Positions 55,645 through 64,000 of a stretch of 64,000 nt of DNA are shown piece after piece (positions within the stretch are counted from its first letter, which is position 1; every line of letters begins with the position of its first letter). Both the position numbers and the translations under genes were made by a program. The stretch is from assembly GCA_964016885.1 (NCBI GenBank), contig OZ024761.1, positions 10,106,001 to 10,170,000 of the forward strand. Reading direction: 5' to 3'. The notes below the pieces were generated by a model. It saw only the letters and a program-made list of their open reading frames with translations, searched no databases and was not told where the DNA came from. This stretch comes from Eledone cirrhosa. Lineage: Eukaryota.

Positions 55645-58600
55645 TTCCACCACCACCACTACCCCCACCACCACTACCACCACCACCACTACCCCACCAC
55701 CACTACCACCACCACCACAACCACTACCACCACCACCTCTCCCACCACTACCACCTACAACAACACCACCACCACAACCACTACTACAACACCACCACCA
55801 CTACCACTACTACAACACCACCACCACCACTACCACTACCACCACCACTACTACAACACCACCACCACTACCACCACCACAACCACTACTACAACACCAC
55901 CACCACAACCACTACCACCACCACAACCACCACCACCACCACAACAACAACAACCACTACCACCACTACCACCACCACTACCACCACCACCACCACCACC
56001 ACTACCACCACTACCACTACCACCACAACCACCACCACCACCACCACCACCACTACCACCACTACCACTACCACCACCACCACCACCACCACTACCACTA
56101 CCACCACCACCACCACCACCACAACCACCACCACCACCACCACTACCACCACCACCACCACCACCACCACCACCACTACCACCACCACCACTACCACCAC
56201 CACCACAACCACTACTACAACACCAATCTGTGACAAAAGCTAAATTCTATGCGATTTACCAGTGAACACAAAAGAAAGCCGTTGTCGTCTGCTAATGTAT
56301 TTGTAGAATGATAGATTGCTACCATAAGCAGCGGCGCCTCCAACACCGCCACACCACCTCCATCATCATCACCATCACCATCAACGTCACACCGCTATCA
56401 TCTCCAGCGCCGTCATACCGCCGCAATTATGTCTAACACCATCAACGTCACACCCCACTATCATCTCCAACACCTTCAACACTAACACCGCCATCATCAC
56501 CAACGTCACACCACCGCCATCACCACCAACTCACACCACTACTATCTCCAACACCCTCACGCCAGCGCCAACATCTCCAACACCGTCAACACTACACCAC
56601 CGCCATCATCACCAACGTCACACCGCCGCCAAGTTCGTCAACGTCACATCGCCGTCATCATATTTAACACCGTCACAACACCGTCATCACTATCAACGTC
56701 ACACCACCACCATCATCAACGTTACGCCGCCATCATCATTATCAACGTCATACCATCGCGATCATCAACGTCACACCGCCGTTGTCATAAATAACACCGT
56801 CAAACAGCCGTTATCATTTCAACGTTTCAACGTCACACCGCCACCATTATCTCCAACCATCATCATCATCACCCCCACCCTGTATTCCACGGCATTAATA
56901 CCATCACCATCATCACTATCCTCATTAACACCACCACCGCCATCCTCACCAAATCACCACCACCATCAACACCACTCTCACCATCAAGACACCACCATCA
57001 CCGCACCATACCATCACCCCACCATACCATCAACACCACTCTCACCATCAAGACATCACTGCACCACCAACACCAGTCTCACCATCAAGACACCAACATA
57101 CTACCATACCACCACCGCACTATACTATCACGCCACCATCACCCCACCATACCACCACACCACCATTACCCCACAATACGACCATACCACGCCACCATCA
57201 CCCCACCATACCACCACACCACCACCACACCACGATCACCCCACCATACCACCACCATCACCCCACCACCACACCACACCACGCCACCATCACCCCACCA
57301 TACCACCACCATCACCCCACCATACCACCACACCACACCACGCCACCATCACGCCACCATCACCCCACCATACCACCACACCATACCACGCCACCATCAC
57401 CCCACCATACCACCACACCACACCACCACCACACCACGCCACCATCACCCCACCATACCACCCCACCACACCACGCCACCATCACCTCACCATACCACCA
57501 CACCACGCCACCATCACCCCACCCCACCATACCACCCCACCGCACCACGCCACCATCACCCCACCATACCACCACACCACGCCACCATCACCCCACCATA
57601 CCACCACACCACACCACCACCACACCACGCCACCATCACCCCACCATACCACCACACCACACCACGCCACCATCACCCCACCATACCACCCCACCACACC
57701 CACCACCACACCACGCCACCATCAACCTCAACATAGCATCAACAACATTAAACATCCAGTTTCATCATCTTCATTGCCATCGACGCCAAAATGAAACTCC
57801 ATCAAGAGCAGCAACAAGAATTACAGCTGCTGCTGTTGTTGTTGTTACTGTTACTGCTGCTGCTGTTGTTACTGTTACTGCTGCTGCTGCTGTTGTTACT
57901 GTTGCTGTTGTTGTTACTGCTGCTGCTGTTGTTGTTACTGCTGCTCTTGTTGTTGTTACTGTTACTGCTGCTGTTGTTGTTACTGTTACTGCTGCTGTTG
58001 TTGTTACTGTTACTGCTGCTGTTGTTGTTGTTGTTACTGTTACTGCTGTTGTTGTTGTTGTTGTTGTTACTACTGCTGTTGTTGCTGTTGTTACTGTTAC
58101 TGCTGCTGTTGTTGTTACTGTTACTGCTGCTGTTGTTGTTGTTGTTGCTGTTACTGCTGCTGTTGTTGTTGTTGTTACTGTTACTGATGTTGTTGTTGTT
58201 GTTGTTACTACTGCTGTTGTTGCTGTTGTTACTGCTGTTGTTACTGTTGCTGTTGTTGTTGTTACTGTTGCTGCTGTTGTTGTTACTGTTGCTGCTGTTG
58301 TTGTTACTGTTGCTGCTGTTGTTGTTACTGTTGCTGCTGTTGTTGTTGTTACTGTTACTGGTGTTGTTGTTGTTACTGTTGCTGCTGTTGTTGTTACTGT
58401 TGCTGCTGTTGTTGTTGTTACTGTTACTGGTGTTGTTGTTGTTACTGTTGCTGTTGTTGCAGTTGTCAACAACAGCAGCAGCAGCAAGAATCAGACAACT
58501 GCAGCATCAGCAAACAGCAACAGCTGTAATAACTGCATCAGTAAGAACAACAACAACCACAGCAGCAACAGAAACAACAACAGCAACTGCAGCAGTAACA

Positions 58601-58875
58601 GCAACAACAGCAACAGAAACAACAACAGCAACAGTAGCAACAACAACCACAACAGCAACAACAGAAACGACAACAGCAGCAACGACAACAACAACAGCAG
58701 TAACAGTAACGACAACATTAATAACAACAGCAGTAACAACAACAGCAACAGAAACGACAACAGCAACAGTAGCAACAACAACAACAATTACAACTACAAC
58801 AGTAACAGTAACAACAACAGCAGTAACAACAACAACAACAGCAGCAGCAGCAGCAGCAGTAACAACAACAACAAC
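55645..58875. repeat. (CAC)n, CCACA-type, (GTT/GCT)n and (AAC/AGC)n simple-repeat blocks
   Basis: Low-complexity sequence. Confidence 0.85.
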
Positions 58876-58941
58876 AGGTAGCAAGAATACGGCTTCATCT
58901 GTTTTATATAGAAATGAAACAAGAGGCGGATGTCAAAAACC

Positions 58942-59463
58942 GAGAGAGAGAGAGAGTGTAATGAGTGTATATATATATATAGAGAGAGAGAGTGTGTGTA
59001 ATGAGTGTATATATATATAGAGAGAGTGTGTGTGTGTAATGAGTGTATATATATATAGAGAGAGAGAGAGTGTGTAATGAGTGTATATATATATAGAGAG
59101 AGAGAGAGTGTGTAATGAGTGTATATATATATAGAGAGAGTGTGTGTGTGTAATGACTGTATATATATATAGAGAGAGAGAGTGTGTGTAATGAGTGTAT
59201 ATATATATATAGAGAGAGAGAGTGTGTAATGAGTGTATATATATATAGAGAGAGTGTGTGTGTGTAATGAGTGTATATATATATAGAGAGAGAGAGAGTG
59301 TGTAATGAGTGTATATATATATATAGAGAGAGAGAGTGTGTAATGAGTGTATATATATATAGAGAGAGTGTGTGTGTGTAATGACTGTATATATATATAT
59401 AGAGAGAGAGAGTGTGTAATGAGTGTATATATATAGAGAGAGAGTGTGTGTGTGTAATGAGTG

Positions 59464-59496
<33 letters not shown>

Positions 59497-59555
59497 TGTG
59501 TAATGAGTGTATATATATATATATATAGAGAGAGAGAGTGTGTGTGTAATGAGTG

Positions 59556-59592
<37 letters not shown>

Positions 59593-59607
59593 TGTGTGTA
59601 ATGAGTG

Positions 59608-59638
<31 letters not shown>
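58942..59638. repeat. Compound microsatellite array [(GA)n(GT)nAATGAGTG(TA)n]n
   Basis: Fixed TAATGAGTG anchor with variable dinucleotide runs. Confidence 0.88.
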
Positions 59639-59639
<1 letters not shown>

Positions 59640-59705
59640 AGTGAGGGGGGTATCTGTAGAACATGGCGAAGTGCTGATGTACGATGTAAGTTGTGGATAG
59701 AGAGC

Positions 59706-59741
<36 letters not shown>

Positions 59742-59954
59742 TGATAGAGACGGAGGTGGTTGGAATAGATGATGGAGGGAGGAGGAGGAGGTTAGGAAGG
59801 TGGAAGAAAATGGGCGGGAAGAAGGATGTTTCAGCGAACGAGCTTGTCTGTCTGTGGAAGAGAGTAAAAAGCACCAGTTTGTATGTTTGGAGGTAGACCA
59901 TATAGATGGCGCTGGGCGATGGTGTGGAAGGTAAGAAGATAAGATTGGAATCGG

Positions 59955-61980
59955 GTATCATCATCTTCGCCATCACCATCACTATCACCATTGTCATCAC
60001 AATCGCCATCAGCATCACTATCACCATTGTCATCACAATCGCCATCAGCATCACCATCACCATCACCCCCATCACCATCACCCCCATCATCATCATCATC
60101 ACCATCATCATCACAATCACCATCACCCTCATCATCACCATCACCATCACCCTCATCATCACCCTCACCATCATCATCACCATCATCACCACCATCATCA
60201 TCACCATCACAATCACCATCACCCCCCAACACCATCATCATCACCCCCCTCCCCCCAACACCATCATCATCACCATCACCCCCATCACCATCAGCCCCCA
60301 ACACCATCACCATCACCATCACCCCCCAACACCATCACCCTCATCATCACCATCATCACAATCACCATCACCCCCCCAACACCATCACTATCATCATCAC
60401 CATCACCCCCAACACCATCATCATCACCACCATCATCACCATCACCCCCCAACACCATCACCATCATCATCACCACCATCATCACCATCACCCCCCAACA
60501 CCATCACCATCACCATCACCATCATCATCACCATCACCCCCCAACACCATCACCATCATCATCACCATCATCACCATCACCATCTTCATCATCATCACCA
60601 TCACCCCCAACACCATCACCATCCACATCACCATCACCAACACCATCATCACCATCACCATCATCACCATCACCATCACCAACATCACCATCATCATCAC
60701 CCTCACCATCACCATCACCATCATCATCACCACCATCATCACCATCACCCCCCAACACCATCACCATCACCAACACCATCATCACCATCACCATCACCAA
60801 CATCACCATCATCATCACCCTCACCATCTTCATCATCATCACCATCACCATCATCATCACCATCACCCCCCAACACCATCACCATCACCATCCACATCAC
60901 CAACACCATCATCACCACCACCATCACCATCACCATCATCACCATCACCATCACCATCATCACCATCACCATCACCAACATCACCATCATCATCACAATC
61001 ACCATCACCCCCCAACACCATCATCATCACCATCATCACCATCACCATCACCAACATCACCATCATCATCACAATCACCATCACCCCCCAACACCATCAT
61101 CATCACCATCATCACCATCACCATCATCATCACCATCACCATCACTATTGTCATCAACCTTAGTCTATGGAATTCATCAACGATGGTTGTTTTGTGGAAG
61201 GCGGACGATTGGAGAGAAATGGCGGAGTTTCTTTTTTTTGGGGGGGGGGGTAGACATTTACGAGAGAAATTATGATGACGATGACGATGATGATGATGTT
61301 GATGATTGTGATGATGCCTACGATGATGATAGTGATGGCGGTGATGATGATGATGACCATAATGATGATGATGATGACTACGATGACGATGATGATGATG
61401 GTGATAATGATGATGGTGATGATGATGTTGATAATGCTGATGATGTTGATGGTGATGGTGATGGTGATAATGATGATGGTGATGATGATGTTGATAATGA
61501 TGATGATGATGGTGATAATGCTGATGATGGTGATGGTGATGATGGTGATGGTGGTGATGGTGATGATGGTGATGGTGATGGTGATGGTGATGGTGGTGAT
61601 GATGATGGTGATGATGATGATGGTGATGGTGATGGTGGTGATGGTGATGATGGTGATGATGGTGATGGTGATGGTGATGATGATAATGATGGTGGTGATG
61701 ATGATGGTGATGATGATGATGGTGATGGTGATGGTGATGATGGTGATGGTGATGATGGTGATGGTGATGGTGATGATGATGATGATATGATGGTGGTGAT
61801 GATGATGATGATAATGATGGTGGTGATGATGATGATGATGCCAATTCATCATGAAATGAATTTGTGGAATTCATCGCCAACTTCAGTTTGTGAGAGGAAG
61901 ACTCTTAAAGGAAAATGTGCGGTGCGTGGCTGCTAGACTTTACGATGGAAATAAACACCACCACCACCACCACCATCATC

Positions 61981-62011
<31 letters not shown>

Positions 62012-62210
62012 TCACCATCCCCATCACCACCATCATCATCAACCTGATCATGAACACTACCACCACCACCACCACCACCGCCATCATCATCATCAACTTA
62101 CAGCTTCACTTTAGTCATTTTTGTCGTCGTCATCACCAACCTCATCATGAATACTACCCAACCACCACCATCACTGCCACCACCATCACCATCATCATCA
62201 TCATCATCGT
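59955..62210. repeat. (CAT/CAC)n and (GAT/GGT)n simple-repeat blocks
   Basis: Low-complexity sequence. Confidence 0.85.
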
Positions 62211-62366
62211 CTTCAATCCAACAACATCGGTTTGTGGAAGGCAGATGGTAAAAAAAGAAAAAGAAAAAAAGAGTGCTCTATGTATAGAACAGAGCTATTT
62301 AATTAGAAAGGGAACGACACAAACTATAACTACTCCATTACCAAAGGTTTCTGGATCCCAGAACAT

Positions 62367-62434
62367 CTCTGTCTGACGACCGATCCAGACGTATATTAAT
62401 ATTGTCTGGGATCCAGAAACCTTTGGTAATGGAG
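62367..62434 (+). ncRNA. Type-I hammerhead (family H8)
   Basis: CUCUGU-CUGACGA-CC-GAUCC-AGAC..GUCU-G-GGAUC-CA-GAAA-CC-UUU-GG-U-A-AUGGAG, GUA site. Confidence 0.75.
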
Positions 62435-62462
62435 TAGTTATAGTTTGTGTTGTTCATTTTCG

Positions 62463-62536
<74 letters not shown>

Positions 62537-62660
62537 CCATATACAACTGTATATATAACCCAGAAAAAAAGAGAGAAAGAAATATTTTTTCTTCCTAATA
62601 ATCGTCTTTTTCGCCGTTTTCATATACACATATATATATATATATGTGTGTGTGCGTGCG

Positions 62661-62721
<61 letters not shown>

Positions 62722-62725
<4 letters not shown>

Positions 62726-63071
62726 AAACTCTGATATAACACCTGCAACCCTGATGGTATCCAATGATGTTGACTTGTTCTTCTTTTTGGTAAATATCAT
62801 CTTGGTTAAGAGAGTGGGACTGGCTTTGTGCAGTGCCTTTGCTCACAGCACAGGCATTGCTTTGTATCTGGAGATCTCTCTGCACTTGTCGTCACATGGT
62901 GCCATGGGCCCGGCACTATGTGTCAATAATTGTCACAAGTGTAGTGTTTGTACCAGAGTTTTTAAGTCGCTGGCTGGACTAAAAAGTCACACTCGTTCAG
63001 CGCATCGGTAGGGGTTCTCCTACATGGATATAAAGTAGTGGCCGTACTCGAAAAGGAGTTGGCAGCCATCA
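62722..63071 (+). mobile_element. Element Z, copy 3 (5'-truncated, small internal deletion)
   Basis: Starts at GAAAACTCTGAT. ORF track 62646..63011 ends in [26 protein letters not shown]. Confidence 0.85.
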
Positions 63072-63695
63072 TATATATATATATATGTATATTTGTATGA
63101 ATTTTTTCTCACGAGTCAGTTCTGTCGTTGCTATAGACCCCGCGGCTGAATTACCGGTCGCTGTCTTCATTTTGCAAAGCCCGCCCTTTAAACTGTATGT
63201 TATTACTCTGAGATACCTTGTCGAGTGCTTGGCTGCACTGCTGAAAGCATTCTTCGGCTTAGCTGCGGCTCTGGCTTCGAATATGCTGTACTTCCATTTG
63301 TATATATATATATATCAAATTATAAAATAAAATAAGAGGAAATAATAGACAAAAATATACCTATTTTTTCTTCAAAGTCCCGACTGTACAGTTTCGTTGA
63401 TCCATATGCAACAATTGTACATTATAGAAATGCATCATCGTTGTGAGGCCAATCAGCTTGTCAAGGAACACCTCAGAGAAAAGAACTGTTTTCCAGACGC
63501 GTTTGTAGCAAGTGAGAATCTCTCTAGGCGGAGAGAGGAATTAACACGTGATACATCGGTACAAATGATGAATCAAAACATATCAAATAATGTGTTAAAA
63601 ATTTTGTGTTTCTCAATAAACAAACTCAATAGACTTTATCTAGAGCTTTGATAACCAAATGAAAAAAAATATATATATATAGAGAGAGAGAGAGA

Positions 63696-63766
<71 letters not shown>

Positions 63767-64000
63767 GAGAGAGAGACATATATCGTATAAGAAACACAGT
63801 ATATTGTATATATACCAAATACATATTCTATAGAAGAATATATACACAGGTGAAATCATTATACGATATATGGCTCTTTCTCTCTTTATATATATATACA
63901 TATATCTTTTTCGTGTGGTATAATATATATATATATATATATATATTTCGTTTCTGAATTTGTTTAGCAAGATTCTTTATCTGAAATCGTGTTGAAACCG

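Noticed and set aside
57771-61936. Poly-L, poly-T, poly-H and poly-D ORFs
   Set aside because: Trinucleotide simple repeats open in most frames.
63235-63295. CTGCTGA-AAGC..GCTT-CGAAT possible decayed hammerhead
   Set aside because: Both core boxes are altered and stem I does not pair. It needs homologs to evaluate.

Overview
Eukaryotic, extremely microsatellite-rich, almost entirely non-coding DNA. The (TA)n/(CA)n/(GA)n/(CAC)n density and the SINE family look like a coleoid cephalopod (Octopus-type) genome, which is an inference. Only one ORF in the track is a real protein: a 5'-truncated but uninterrupted RTE-clade LINE (partial AP-endonuclease plus RT, 19694-22210, minus strand). All other long ORFs are translations of simple repeats. 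The window also holds about a dozen copies of a tRNA-derived SINE, three copies of a ~410-bp non-autonomous RTE-like element ending in a C2H2 finger, Tc1/mariner-type MITEs, a hAT-like end, several minisatellites and a promoter-like island at ~46.7-47.9 kb. The main hidden signal is that many short 'unique' islands between (TA)n tracts contain minimal type-I hammerhead ribozyme motifs (CUGANGA-stem II-GAAA-short, often palindromic stem III-NUH). I read roughly 10 mutually dissimilar families and 15-20 intact or decayed copies by eye. Most sit in fold-back (head-to-head) insertions whose turning point is at or near the ribozyme, several share a downstream CTCTACT..GTATTGAGTAC motif, and one is a ~490-bp tandem unit resembling a non-LTR retrozyme. 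This fits a community of Penelope-like, TA-targeting ribozyme retroelements. All coordinates and pairings were read manually, and no folding or database search was run.
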